64,000 bases of DNA from Acidobacteriota bacterium. GTDB taxonomy: Bacteria > Acidobacteriota > JAAYUB01. The translations under genes were made by a program, and so were the position numbers. Below the pieces are notes generated by a model. That model ran no database searches and was not told where the DNA came from. It worked only from the letters and a program-made list of their open reading frames with translations. This document shows positions 46,985 to 56,368 of the stretch, one piece after another (position 1 is the stretch's first letter; every line of letters starts with the position of its first letter). The stretch is from NCBI GenBank assembly GCA_012517875.1, contig JAAYUB010000095.1, forward strand, positions 787-64,786, given 5' to 3'.

Positions 46985-48202
46985 CTACGGTTGAGCCGCC
47001 GGTCGGGTGCCGCGTTCGGCATACTTGTCAATCAGCTCCCGCGTGAGCACCTTCATTGCGCTGTCGCATTTCGGTGTGGCGATGTTCGTGAGGATGACCA
47101 CGGCGAAGTCGGCGGCCGGATCGAACAGGATCCGGGCGATGTTCATGCCGTTGGAGCCGCCGTGGGAGATGAGCGGGTTTGGATAGCCCTCCAGCCGCAC
47201 CTCGCCCCAGCCGAAGGCGTACCGTCCCGACGGCGGCGTGCCGATGGGGGCGTCCTTGGCCGGCGGCATCTCGGCGACCATGGTGTGGAGCTTCTTCAGG
47301 GTCTCCGGCTGCACGAGCGCAGGGCCGCGCTTCCCCTGGCCGGCGTTCCAGCCCGCCCAGCGCGCGAAATCGAGCACCGACATGTGGGCGATCCCCGCGG
47401 GGCCGATCACCGCCGGGTTATCCGCCATGGGACCGGCGAGGATCGGCTTGATCTTGCCGCCGATGACGGCGTGCGGCAGGGGAGCGTCCACCCGACCCGG
47501 GGTGCACTGCGGTCCGAGACCCGCCGAGCGGAGACCCAGCGGCAGGAAGATCCACTCGAAGATCAGCTCGTCCCAGCTGCGCCCCGCCAGTCGTTCAATC
47601 ATGGCGCCGACGATGGTGTAGTTCAGGTTGGAGTACTCGAAGCGGACGCCGGGCCGGCCGGACATGGGCAGGGCCGCCCACTGGCCCACCAGCCAGGCCC
47701 GGATGTCGTCGAGGTTGCCCGGCGGATAGCCGTCCACGTTGGTGATGAGTGCCAGGTACGGCATGGCGTCTTGCGACAGGTTGTCGCTGGGGAGCCCGCT
47801 GGTGTGCGAAAGCATGCGCTCCACCGTCAGCGCTTTGAAAACGGGGTCGGCCCCGCCGCCGAGCTCCGGGAATACCTCACCGATGGTGGAGTCCCAGCGG
47901 AGCTTGCCGCGCTCCACCAGGATCGCGGCCATGGTGGCGGTCATAGCCTTGGTGTCCGAGCCCAGGTGGAACCGATCGTCCAGGGTCACCGGGATCGCTT
48001 CGCCCCACCGGCGAGTGCCCACGGCCCCGACGGCGACCACCTGCCCGTCCTGCACCACCGCCGCGGCCAGGGCCGGAATCTCGTACGCGGCCAGGTACGG
48101 CTGGAGCAGCGGATTCAGCGACTCCTGCGCCGGGGCGAATCCCGCAGGCAGAACCAGCGCCAGAATGACAACTACCATCCGGATCCAACGCGGGGTGTCC
48201 AT
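46985..48202 (-). CDS. Secreted serine hydrolase of the beta-lactamase/penicillin-binding-protein (class C-like) family.
   Basis: It has a signal peptide and an SxxK motif in HLGSDTKAM. The GAGGAGG SD is 10 nt before ATG 48202. The start overlaps the psuG stop. Confidence 0.8.
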   Translation of the reverse strand: MDTPRWIRMVVVILALVLPAGFAPAQESLNPLLQPYLAAYEIPALAAAVVQDGQVVAVGAVGTRRWGEAIPVTLDDRFHLGSDTKAMTATMAAILVERGKLRWDSTIGEVFPELGGGADPVFKALTVERMLSHTSGLPSDNLSQDAMPYLALITNVDGYPPGNLDDIRAWLVGQWAALPMSGRPGVRFEYSNLNYTIVGAMIERLAGRSWDELIFEWIFLPLGLRSAGLGPQCTPGRVDAPLPHAVIGGKIKPILAGPMADNPAVIGPAGIAHMSVLDFARWAGWNAGQGKRGPALVQPETLKKLHTMVAEMPPAKDAPIGTPPSGRYAFGWGEVRLEGYPNPLISHGGSNGMNIARILFDPAADFAVVILTNIATPKCDSAMKVLTRELIDKYAERGTRPAAQP

Positions 48203-49146
48203 CACCGGTCATCCTCCTCGTCAAAGAGACTGTTCAGGGCTACGGCGAGGCGGCCGGCCAGCCGGGCGTTGTGGCGCAGCAGCGACCGGTTGGCCGCCAG
48301 CGACGCGCCGCCCGTGAGCGCCGCCACCCGGGCCAACAGGAAGGGCGTCAGGTCCTTGCCCCGGATCCCCCGGGTTTCCGCTTCCGCCTGGGCGCGCTCG
48401 ACGGCCGCGGCGATCACGGCGGCGTCCAGCGCGTCCGCCTCCGGGACGGGGTTGACCACCAGCACGCCCCCGCCCAGATCCAGATCCCATTTCGCCTCGA
48501 TCACCCGGACCACGTCCTCGGGTGTATCCACCCGTCCGTCCACAGCGAGACCGGAGGTGCGACTGTAGAACGCCGGGAACTCGTCGGTGCCGTAGCCCAG
48601 CACCGGCACGCCGAGGGTCTCCAGCAGCTCCCGGGTCAGCGGCAGGTCCAGGATGCTCTTGGCGCCCGCGCACACCACCATCACCGGGTAGCGGGCCAGT
48701 TCCGCCAGGTCGGCGGAGATGTCGAACGTCTGCGGAGCGCCGCGATGGACGCCGCCGATGCCGCCCGTGGCCATCACCTGGATTCCCGCCGCCCATGCTC
48801 CGATGATGGTGGCGGCCACGGTGGTGGCCCCGAGCCCACCCTGAGCTACCGCCACAGCCAGATTGCGGCGCGAGAGCTTGGCCACCGGCTCGCGGCCGCA
48901 GCCCAGACGCTCAATCTCGGCTGGCGTCAGGCCGATCCGTAACCGGCCGTCCAGCACCGCCAGGGTGGCCGGCACAGCACCCTGGGCCCGGACCGCCTCT
49001 TCCATCTCCAGCGCGGTGGCCACGTTGTCGGGGTACGGCAAGCCGTGGGCGATGACGGTGGACTCCAGCGCCACCACCGGACGGTGCGCCTGCTGCGCCT
49101 CAGCCACTTCGGCGGCGATATGGATCAGGTCCTCATTGAATTTCAC
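48202..49146 (-). CDS. psuG: Pseudouridine-5'-phosphate glycosidase.
   Basis: It has the PsuG/IndA family pattern (ESTVIAHGLPYPDNV, VMATGGIGGVHRG, MVVCAGAKSILD). The GTG start is at 49146 with GGAGGG 6 nt upstream. The long six-frame ORF to 50130 is an out-of-frame overlap with the kinase gene. Confidence 0.85.
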   Translation of the reverse strand: MKFNEDLIHIAAEVAEAQQAHRPVVALESTVIAHGLPYPDNVATALEMEEAVRAQGAVPATLAVLDGRLRIGLTPAEIERLGCGREPVAKLSRRNLAVAVAQGGLGATTVAATIIGAWAAGIQVMATGGIGGVHRGAPQTFDISADLAELARYPVMVVCAGAKSILDLPLTRELLETLGVPVLGYGTDEFPAFYSRTSGLAVDGRVDTPEDVVRVIEAKWDLDLGGGVLVVNPVPEADALDAAVIAAAVERAQAEAETRGIRGKDLTPFLLARVAALTGGASLAANRSLLRHNARLAGRLAVALNSLFDEEDDR

Positions 49147-50072
49147 GGGCGCCCTCCGTCCGTCGTCGGATTCAATCCGGCCGGATCCAGCAGCTCCGGC
49201 GTGATGGCGGGGCTCACGGCGGTGGGGCAGGCCACGGTGAGCGCGGCGGCGCGGCGCCCCGCCTCCGCCGCCAGCCGCGGCGGCAGACCCTTCAGGATCG
49301 CCGCGAAGGCGACGGCGAACAGCGCGTCCCCGGCGCCGGTGACGTCGACCACCCGGGCGGGGAGCGCGGGGATATGGCTGGAAAACTCCGGGTGCTCCAC
49401 GTGGAAGCCGTCCGCTCCCAGGCTGACAATGGCCGTGCCGGCGCCCATGGACCGGAGCCGCCGGGCGCAGGCGGCCGCCTCCGCCGGGGTGTCGCAGGGC
49501 AAGCCGGTGAGCGTGCGCGCCTCGGCGCGGTCCGGCTTGATGAGGACGCAGCCCGGGATGGCCGGCAGCGCCCGGCGGGCGCGCTCGTGGGCTACCGACT
49601 CCACCGCGTAGGGCACCTTCAGACGGCGGCACCGCTCCGCCAGCGCCGCGACGGCGGTCTCCGACAGGTTGGCGTCGATGACCGCGCCATGAAAATCCTG
49701 CAGGTCGGGCAGCGCGCCGAGCACCGCGAACGGCGAGATGGCCTCCGTGCCGGTGCCGCAGAAACCCCGGTCCAGGGCGCCATCGGGCTTGAGGAGCGCC
49801 AGGTATACACCGGTGCGCGCCCGCGCCGACAACCGCACCTCGATGCCCAGCCCGCGGATGTTCTCCAGGAGGAAACGGCCGGCGAAGTCGTCGGCCAGAT
49901 CCGTCACCAGGGTGACCCGGCAGCCGAGACGCGCCAGGTTCTCGGCCACGTTGCGCCCCGCCCCGCCGGCTCCGAGCCTGACCTCGCCCTCGTTGGACGT
50001 GTCTCCCTCCACCCGCGAGGTGGGCCGGGCGGCCACGTCCAGGATGGAGCTGCCGACGACGACGAGCCTCAT
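49143..50072 (-). CDS. psuK: PfkB-family carbohydrate kinase, probably pseudouridine kinase.
   Basis: The ribokinase-like motifs are GGAGRNVAENLARLG and the C-terminal DVTGAGDALFAV. It has a 4-nt overlap with psuG. The psuK assignment is inferred from operon context. Confidence 0.75.
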   Translation of the reverse strand: MRLVVVGSSILDVAARPTSRVEGDTSNEGEVRLGAGGAGRNVAENLARLGCRVTLVTDLADDFAGRFLLENIRGLGIEVRLSARARTGVYLALLKPDGALDRGFCGTGTEAISPFAVLGALPDLQDFHGAVIDANLSETAVAALAERCRRLKVPYAVESVAHERARRALPAIPGCVLIKPDRAEARTLTGLPCDTPAEAAACARRLRSMGAGTAIVSLGADGFHVEHPEFSSHIPALPARVVDVTGAGDALFAVAFAAILKGLPPRLAAEAGRRAAALTVACPTAVSPAITPELLDPAGLNPTTDGGRP

Positions 50073-50887
50073 CGGCCACGCTCCCGCAACGCGCGCACCC
50101 GGTCCATGAACCGGCAGACCCGGTCGACATCCACGGGCCGGTCCCAGCGACCGCCCGCCTTGAAGTGCGAACCGATGATGAGCCCGTGGGCGTGGAGGAG
50201 ATACCGGTCCATGTTGGCCTCCGTCACGCCCGATCCAACCAGGACGGGGACGCCCACCGCACCGCGCACGGCGGCCAGCTCCCCCGGGTCCGTCTCCCGG
50301 GCGGTGGCCACGCCGGTGACGACGACGCCGTCGGCGGCGAAGAATTCCGCCGCGCGGGCGGTCTCCACGATGTCGACGTCGGCGGTCACGGCGTGGGAGC
50401 TGTGCTTCTTCTTCACGTCCGCCAGGACGGCCACCGCCTCGGCACCGATGGCGCGGCGGTAGCGGAGCAGCTCGCCGGCGCAGGCATCGATGTAGCCCTC
50501 GTCGGCGATGTGGCCGAACACGAAGCCCTCGGCCCGGATGAAGGCGCACCCCGCGGCCAGCGCGGCCGCCAGCGCCTCCCGGTTCGCCCCGGCCAGGATC
50601 TGCACGCCCGTGGGCAGCCCGCCGGTGCGGGCCGCCGCCTGGGCCGCCACCGTCATGGCGGCGGTGATCTCCGGGCCCACGGCGCGGTTCAGGTAGGGGA
50701 CGTCGTGCATGTTCTCCACGAGCAGCGCGTCCACGCCCGCGTCGCGGTAGACGGCCGCCTCGGTCGCGGCCCGCTCGAGGATCGCCGCCAAACTTCCGGC
50801 GTACTGCGGCGTGCCGGGCAGGGCCCCGACGTGGATCATGGCCAGGATCCGCCCCGGCCTGTTCATGAAGGCAAGCGCAGGATGCAT
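50069..50887 (-). CDS. BtpA/SgcQ-family TIM-barrel protein.
   Basis: The N-terminus is ILAMIHVGALPGTP, and ...LLVENMHDVPY and LVGSGVT are typical of the BtpA (photosystem I biogenesis / SgcQ) family. The stop overlaps the psuK start (ATGA). Confidence 0.7.
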   Translation of the reverse strand: MHPALAFMNRPGRILAMIHVGALPGTPQYAGSLAAILERAATEAAVYRDAGVDALLVENMHDVPYLNRAVGPEITAAMTVAAQAAARTGGLPTGVQILAGANREALAAALAAGCAFIRAEGFVFGHIADEGYIDACAGELLRYRRAIGAEAVAVLADVKKKHSSHAVTADVDIVETARAAEFFAADGVVVTGVATARETDPGELAAVRGAVGVPVLVGSGVTEANMDRYLLHAHGLIIGSHFKAGGRWDRPVDVDRVCRFMDRVRALRERGR

Positions 50888-51168
50888 GGTCGCCCGCTCC
50901 TCTCGGACATAATGGCTCGCGGTCGCTCGCAGCGAGGGCGCCGCGGACGGCCGCTCGGAGACCCGGTGCTGATGCCGACAGATTACTGTACTTGGTTTAC
51001 AGAACCAAGCGCAATTCACCGTCCGAACCGACACCGGCGGGTCACCGTCCACCAGGTCGCCCGATTCCGATTCCGCATCGGCCGCCGCCCGCCTCACGAT
51101 CCGGTTCAATCCGCTCCGAGAGTGATGTACACTGAGAGTCAAACCATCTTGTTGAACAAGGAGGTTCC

Positions 51169-52350
51169 GTGGACACGCACTCAGTCGGATCACACAGGCA
51201 CGCGGCATGCCGTTTCAGTTGCCGCACGCTGCTCGCGGTGTTCGGACTGCTGCTCGGTGTCGGGATGCTGCCGGGCGCGGAGCCGGTTCCGATCCCGCCG
51301 CCCGTCCCGCTCGCGCTGACGGTGCCCGCCCCGCCGTTGCCGGTCACCTGGCGGGGAGACGACCTGCTGGCTTACGAGCTGCACATCAGCGATTTCCGGA
51401 CGCTGGGGCTGGAGCTGCTTCAGGTGGACATTTTCAGCGATGACACCGACGGCAAGCGGCTGGCATCCTTCAAAGGCGACGGTCTGGCCAAATGTCTCCG
51501 CCTGCCGGACAGGATCTCGCCCGACTACACGGTGTTCATCTGGATCACCCTGAAAACACTCCACGCGGTGCCTGCGGCGCTGTATCATCGCGTCACCTTC
51601 CGGTACGTGGATTCCGACGAGCGCCTGATCCGGGAGGGCGCCCGCACGGTGATCGACCCGGATCGGCATCGCCCGGTGCTGTCACCGCCCCTGCGCGGCA
51701 GCGGCTGGTTTGTCGGCAACGGACCCCAGAACCAGGACCACCACCACCGCTGGTCGCTGATGACGTACAACGGCAATCCGTACATCGCCCAGCGGTTCGG
51801 CATCGATTGGGTCCAGATCGGCCCCGACGGCTGGGCGTACCGCACCGACGGCAAGACCAACGAGGACTGGTACGGCTATGGGAACGATCTGCTGGCGGTC
51901 GCCGACGGGATCGTGGTGGATGCCAAGGACGGCATACCCGACAACCTGCCCAACCAACCCCCGGTGGTCACCATCAACAGCCAGACCGCCGGCGGCAACT
52001 TCGTCCTCCTTGACATCGGCGACGGGTACTTCGCGTTCTACGCGCACCTGATCCCCGGCTCGAAGACGGTGCAGATCGGCGACCGCGTGGCGCGGGGGCA
52101 GGTCCTGGGCAAGCTGGGCAACACCGGCGCGTCCACGGGGCCTCATCTGCACTTCCACCTCTACACGGGTCGGGATCCGCTGTTTTCAGAGGGTGTCCCC
52201 TACGCGTTCACCCGGTACCTGCTCCTGGGATCGGCGGTGATCGACCAGCAGTGGCACCCCTCGGGTTCGCCGGTGCTGCGGGTGGAGGAGATGCCCGCCG
52301 ACATGCAGGTGCTCGAATTCCTCGACGACGGCGTGCTGGATATCGATTGA
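51169..52350 (+). CDS. M23-family metallopeptidase (LytM-like) with a large N-terminal domain.
   Basis: It has a signal peptide CRTLLAVFGLLLGVGMLPGA. The M23 motifs are FYAHL and GNTGASTGPHLHFHL. Confidence 0.8.
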   Translation: MDTHSVGSHRHAACRFSCRTLLAVFGLLLGVGMLPGAEPVPIPPPVPLALTVPAPPLPVTWRGDDLLAYELHISDFRTLGLELLQVDIFSDDTDGKRLASFKGDGLAKCLRLPDRISPDYTVFIWITLKTLHAVPAALYHRVTFRYVDSDERLIREGARTVIDPDRHRPVLSPPLRGSGWFVGNGPQNQDHHHRWSLMTYNGNPYIAQRFGIDWVQIGPDGWAYRTDGKTNEDWYGYGNDLLAVADGIVVDAKDGIPDNLPNQPPVVTINSQTAGGNFVLLDIGDGYFAFYAHLIPGSKTVQIGDRVARGQVLGKLGNTGASTGPHLHFHLYTGRDPLFSEGVPYAFTRYLLLGSAVIDQQWHPSGSPVLRVEEMPADMQVLEFLDDGVLDID

Positions 52351-52430
52351 CGGCTTCCGACTGCGCCGTCCGGCCAGCGGGGAACCGCCGCGCCGGATGG
52401 CCGAAGACCGCCTCTGGAGCGAAAACGACA

Positions 52431-52467
52431 CCGGCCGGCGGATTACGCCGTGCAGTCCGCCGGCCGG
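52431..52467. terminator. Long inverted repeat (12-bp stem, 13-nt loop) between the convergent M23 and OmpA-family genes.
   Basis: The sequence ccggccggcgga-ttacgccgtgcag-tccgccggccgg has no clear U-tract on either strand. Confidence 0.35.
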
Positions 52468-52525
52468 ATTGGTTCAAGGAGTGATCGCACGAACACCGGG
52501 CGGAAGATCGTCCCGCCGCCGGTTG

Positions 52526-53368
52526 TCAGTTCTGTTTCACCAGCTCCACTCGCCGGTTCTTGGCCCGGCCCGCCTCGGTGGCGTTGGTGGCCACGGGGGC
52601 GAAGGGGCCGCAGCCGTGCGCCCGGAGCCGGGCGGGATCGATGCCGTGCTGGCTCACCAACGCCTGCAGCACCGCCTGGGCCCGGTCCTGGGACAGCTTC
52701 AGGTTCACTTCCACTGTGCTGACGTTGTCGGTGTGCCCCACCACGAACACCTTGAGGGCCGGATCCGACTTCAGCAGACCGGCGATCTCGCCGATGGCCT
52801 GCGCCGACTCGGGTTTGATCACCGCCTTGCCGGTGTCGAAATAGATCCCCTCCACCGCCATATGCCCATCGGCGGCCAACCCCTGGGCCAGCGCAGCCGC
52901 GTCGGCCACGATGTCCTGTACCATGGCCTGCTTCTGGACGATGGTCAGAAAGTACTTGCCGGTGAATTCGGCCCCGAGGTTCACCCAGACCTCCACGCCG
53001 TCCTTGACGAGCAGGTAGGTGTCCCGGCCCTTTTCGGTCCAGACCACCTTGCCGCCCTGCTTCTGAACCGCGTTCTGGAAGTTGCGCTGGATCTGGAGCT
53101 CGCTGGGTTTCGGATTGAGGCTGTGCTGGGGGTAGTAGTTGATTTTCCAGAACTGGCCTTCCACATGGCTGACCTTCTTGTTCGGGCCCACAATGAAGTC
53201 GAACGCGTCGAACTGCCGTTCGACGCAACTGTGGATCCAGTAGCCGGGCATCCGCGTGAACAGCGGGTGGTCCTTGCATCCCTGGGCGTCGTTCTGCTGG
53301 CCCGCGGCGGCGCCGGCAAGCACCAACAGCATCAGCGCGCCCATCCAGACGGTTGACAGTGGCTTCAT
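52526..53368 (-). CDS. OmpA-family protein with an uncharacterised N-terminal domain (paralog of 46001..46845).
   Basis: It has a signal peptide MKPLSTVWMGALMLLVLAGAAAG. The N-terminal domain has PLFTRMPGYWI...FDAFDF (compare PLLSRMPGYFI...FDRFEF in the paralog). The OmpA_C motifs are VVGHTDNVSTVEVNLKLSQDRAQAV...NATEAGRAKNRRVELV. Confidence 0.8.
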   Translation of the reverse strand: MKPLSTVWMGALMLLVLAGAAAGQQNDAQGCKDHPLFTRMPGYWIHSCVERQFDAFDFIVGPNKKVSHVEGQFWKINYYPQHSLNPKPSELQIQRNFQNAVQKQGGKVVWTEKGRDTYLLVKDGVEVWVNLGAEFTGKYFLTIVQKQAMVQDIVADAAALAQGLAADGHMAVEGIYFDTGKAVIKPESAQAIGEIAGLLKSDPALKVFVVGHTDNVSTVEVNLKLSQDRAQAVLQALVSQHGIDPARLRAHGCGPFAPVATNATEAGRAKNRRVELVKQN

Positions 53369-53504
53369 CGGTCTGCTCCTGCATGCGATTCGAAATCCGA
53401 ACACCGTAAAAATGATACATCGCAATCCGCAGGGTTTCAAACAGGAACCGCTTCGGGCATGGTAGACTGATCGGGCCACCCGTGATTCGCAGGAGGTCCC
53501 GTCC

Positions 53505-54428
53505 ATGGACGTGCTCCAGACCATCGGCCACACTTCGCTGGTCCGGCTGCGCCGGATCGTCCCCGCCAACGGCGCGGCCCTGTTCGCCAAGCTCGAGTGG
53601 GAGAACCCCACCGGCAGCATGAAGGATCGGATGGCGCAGGCGGTCATCGCCTGCGCCGAGGCGGACGGCCGCCTCGCGCCCGGCGGCACCGTGGTCGAGT
53701 ACACGGGCGGCTCCACCGGGACGTCGCTGGCGCTGGTGTGCGCCGCCCGGGGGTACCGCATCCGGATTGTCACCTCCGACGCGTTCAGCGCCGAGAAGCG
53801 CGACCACATGGCGGCGCTCGGCGCCGAGCTGACGCTCGTCCCCAGCGAGGGCGGGCTCACCACCAAGCAGTTGATCCTCGATATGATCGAAGCCGCCCGC
53901 CAAATCAGCCGGGAGCCCGGCACGTTCTGGACCGACCAGCTCAACAACCACGATGCCATCGCGGGGTACCACCCGCTGGGCGAGGAGATCTGGGTGCAGA
54001 CCGAGGGCCGGATCGACGCCTTCGTGCACAGCGTGGGCACGGCGGCCTCGCTGCGCGGAGTCGCCGCCGTGTTGAAGCGCCGCCACCCGGGCGTCCGGAT
54101 CGTCGCCGTGGAGCCGGCCGAATCGTCGGTGCTGCTGGGCGGCGCGCCGGGGCCCCACAAGATCGAGGGGGTCGGGATCGGCTACGTGCCGCCGCTCTGG
54201 GAGCCGGCGCTCGTGGACGAGATCATCGCCGTGCCGACCGAGGATGCGAAGGCGATGGCCCGCCGCCTGGCGAAGGAGGAGGCCCTCTTTGCGGGGACGT
54301 CGTCCGGCGCCAACGTCATCGCCGCGCTCCAGGTGGCCGAGCGGCTGGGTCCGCAGGCCCGCGTGGCGACGCTCCTGTGCGACTCCGGCCTCAAGTACCT
54401 GAGCACCGACGTGTACCGCCGCCGCTAG
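53505..54428 (+). CDS. PLP-dependent cysteine synthase family protein (CysK/CysM/CBS-like).
   Basis: It has the PLP-lysine motif PTGSMKDRMA, the Gly-rich loop YTGGSTGTSLA and TSSGANV. Confidence 0.85.
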   Translation: MDVLQTIGHTSLVRLRRIVPANGAALFAKLEWENPTGSMKDRMAQAVIACAEADGRLAPGGTVVEYTGGSTGTSLALVCAARGYRIRIVTSDAFSAEKRDHMAALGAELTLVPSEGGLTTKQLILDMIEAARQISREPGTFWTDQLNNHDAIAGYHPLGEEIWVQTEGRIDAFVHSVGTAASLRGVAAVLKRRHPGVRIVAVEPAESSVLLGGAPGPHKIEGVGIGYVPPLWEPALVDEIIAVPTEDAKAMARRLAKEEALFAGTSSGANVIAALQVAERLGPQARVATLLCDSGLKYLSTDVYRRR

Positions 54429-54522
54429 TCGGTGGCCGCGGCAACGGCCGCCCCGCGCCGGGCAGGGCCCGACCGCGCGCCGGACCGCCGGGGACGGATT
54501 GTTCGGCTATTCGGAGTGACGG

Positions 54523-56310
54523 ATGCGAATTCTCTGGCGCTACCTCCGGCCGCACCGCGGGCTCCTTGCGCTGATCCTGCTGCTGGCCGCCATCGCCCAG
54601 GTGCTGGCGCTCGTCGATCCGCTGATTTTCGGCCGGATCCTGGACGACTATGTGCTCCATCCCGGCGGGCGTTCGGAAGCGGAACTCGTCCGCGGGGCGC
54701 TGGGCTGGCTGGCCCTGGCGGCGGCCATCGCCCTGGCCGCCCGCGCCGCCACCGCCGCCCAGGAGTACCTGCTGCGGCTCGTGGTGGGCCGGGCCGGAAC
54801 GGAGATGTTCAACGACGGCCTCAAACAGACGCTGCGGCTGTCGTTCGTGGAGCTCGAGGCGCGCAGCAGCGGCGAGACGATGGGCCTGCTGCAGAAGGTG
54901 CGCACCGACACCGAGCGCTTCCTGGACGCGGCCGTCACCATCCTCTACTCCGCCGCCGTGGGCATCGGCTTCATCGTCTGGTACGGCGTGACCAGGAACT
55001 GGCTGCTGATCCCGGTGTTCGGGATCGGCGTCGCGCTCATGGCCGGGTTCACCGGCCTGCTCAGCCACCGGATCCGGACCGTCCAGCGCACCATCGTCCG
55101 CGAGAGCGCGCGCCAGTCCGGCCAGATCACGGAGTCGCTCCGCAACATCGAGCTGGTCAAGAGCCTGGGGCTCACCTGGCCGGAAATCCGCCGCCTGCAG
55201 GTCCTCACCCGGCGGATCTTCGACCTCGAGATGGACAAGGTCCGCAAGATCCGCGGCCTGGCCTTCCTGCAGGGCTCGCTCATCAATCTGCTGCGGCAGT
55301 CGATCCTGTTCATCCTGCTCTGGCTCATCTTCCGCCGGGCCCTGTCGGCCGGCGAGCTGGTCTCGTTCCAGCTCATCCTCAACACGATCTTCGGACCGCT
55401 CCATCAGCTCGGCCGGGTGATCCTGAGCTACCGCGAATCCGAGGCCTCGCTGCAGGCGTTCGACCGGCTCATGCAGACGCCCATCGAAAAACGGCCGGAT
55501 GATCCCGTCGAGATCGGCGCGATCGAGCGGCTGCGGTTCGACGACGTGGTCTTCCGGTACCGGGGGGCGGCCGACAACGCCATCGACCACATCTCGTTCG
55601 AGGCGCGGCTCGGCGACACCATCGCCTTCGCCGGCCCTTCGGGTTGCGGCAAGACCACGCTGGTCAAGCTGCTGCTCGGACTCTACGCCCCGAACGGCGG
55701 CGTCGTGTCGGTGGACGGGGTCCCCATCACCGAGCTGCGCTACAACCGCGTCCGCCGCCAGATCGGCTTCGTCGCCCAGGACGCCCAGCTCTTTTCGGGC
55801 ACCATCCGGGAAAACCTGCAACTGGTGAAGCCGGAGGCCACCGACGCCGAGATGCTCGACGTGCTGCGCCGCGCCTCGGCGGGCCTGTTGCTGGCGCGGT
55901 CGGACCAGGGGCTCGACACGCGCCTGGGCGAGGGCGGGCTGCGGGCCTCCGGCGGCGAACGGCAGCGCCTCGCCATCGCCCGCGCGCTGCTGCGCGCGCC
56001 CCGGCTGTTCATTTTCGACGAAGCCACCTCGTCGCTGGACTCGCTCACCGAGGGGGAGATCACCGACGCCCTGCGCGAGATCTCGCACAGCCGGCAGCAC
56101 ATGGTGATCCTGATCGCGCACCGGTTGAGCACCATCGCCCACGCCGACGCCATCCACGTGCTGGACTGGGGCCGCATCGTCGAAACCGGCCGCCACAACG
56201 AGTTGATCCACGCCGGCGGCCTCTACGCGGCCATGTGGCGCCAGCAGGTTCTCGAGCGTCGGCCGCCATCCGTGCCGCCGGCCTGCGGGCCGTCAGAACC
56301 GGTGCCGTGA
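54523..56310 (+). CDS. ABC transporter, fused permease/ATPase (type I exporter, MsbA-like).
   Basis: It has six N-terminal TM helices. Walker A is GPSGCGKTT, the signature is LSGGERQRLAIARAL, and Walker B is LFIFDEATSSLD. Confidence 0.9.
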   Translation: MRILWRYLRPHRGLLALILLLAAIAQVLALVDPLIFGRILDDYVLHPGGRSEAELVRGALGWLALAAAIALAARAATAAQEYLLRLVVGRAGTEMFNDGLKQTLRLSFVELEARSSGETMGLLQKVRTDTERFLDAAVTILYSAAVGIGFIVWYGVTRNWLLIPVFGIGVALMAGFTGLLSHRIRTVQRTIVRESARQSGQITESLRNIELVKSLGLTWPEIRRLQVLTRRIFDLEMDKVRKIRGLAFLQGSLINLLRQSILFILLWLIFRRALSAGELVSFQLILNTIFGPLHQLGRVILSYRESEASLQAFDRLMQTPIEKRPDDPVEIGAIERLRFDDVVFRYRGAADNAIDHISFEARLGDTIAFAGPSGCGKTTLVKLLLGLYAPNGGVVSVDGVPITELRYNRVRRQIGFVAQDAQLFSGTIRENLQLVKPEATDAEMLDVLRRASAGLLLARSDQGLDTRLGEGGLRASGGERQRLAIARALLRAPRLFIFDEATSSLDSLTEGEITDALREISHSRQHMVILIAHRLSTIAHADAIHVLDWGRIVETGRHNELIHAGGLYAAMWRQQVLERRPPSVPPACGPSEPVP

Positions 56311-56368
56311 GGCAGCGCTCGTACTATAATAAGGATCATTGAACCGACATTCCGTCAGGAGGTGCGCG

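Noticed and set aside
48202-50130. 642-aa six-frame ORF fusing PsuG with a long N-terminal extension.
   Set aside because: The extension is an Arg/Gly-rich out-of-frame overlap with the PfkB kinase gene. PsuG has its own GTG start with a GGAGGG SD at 49146.
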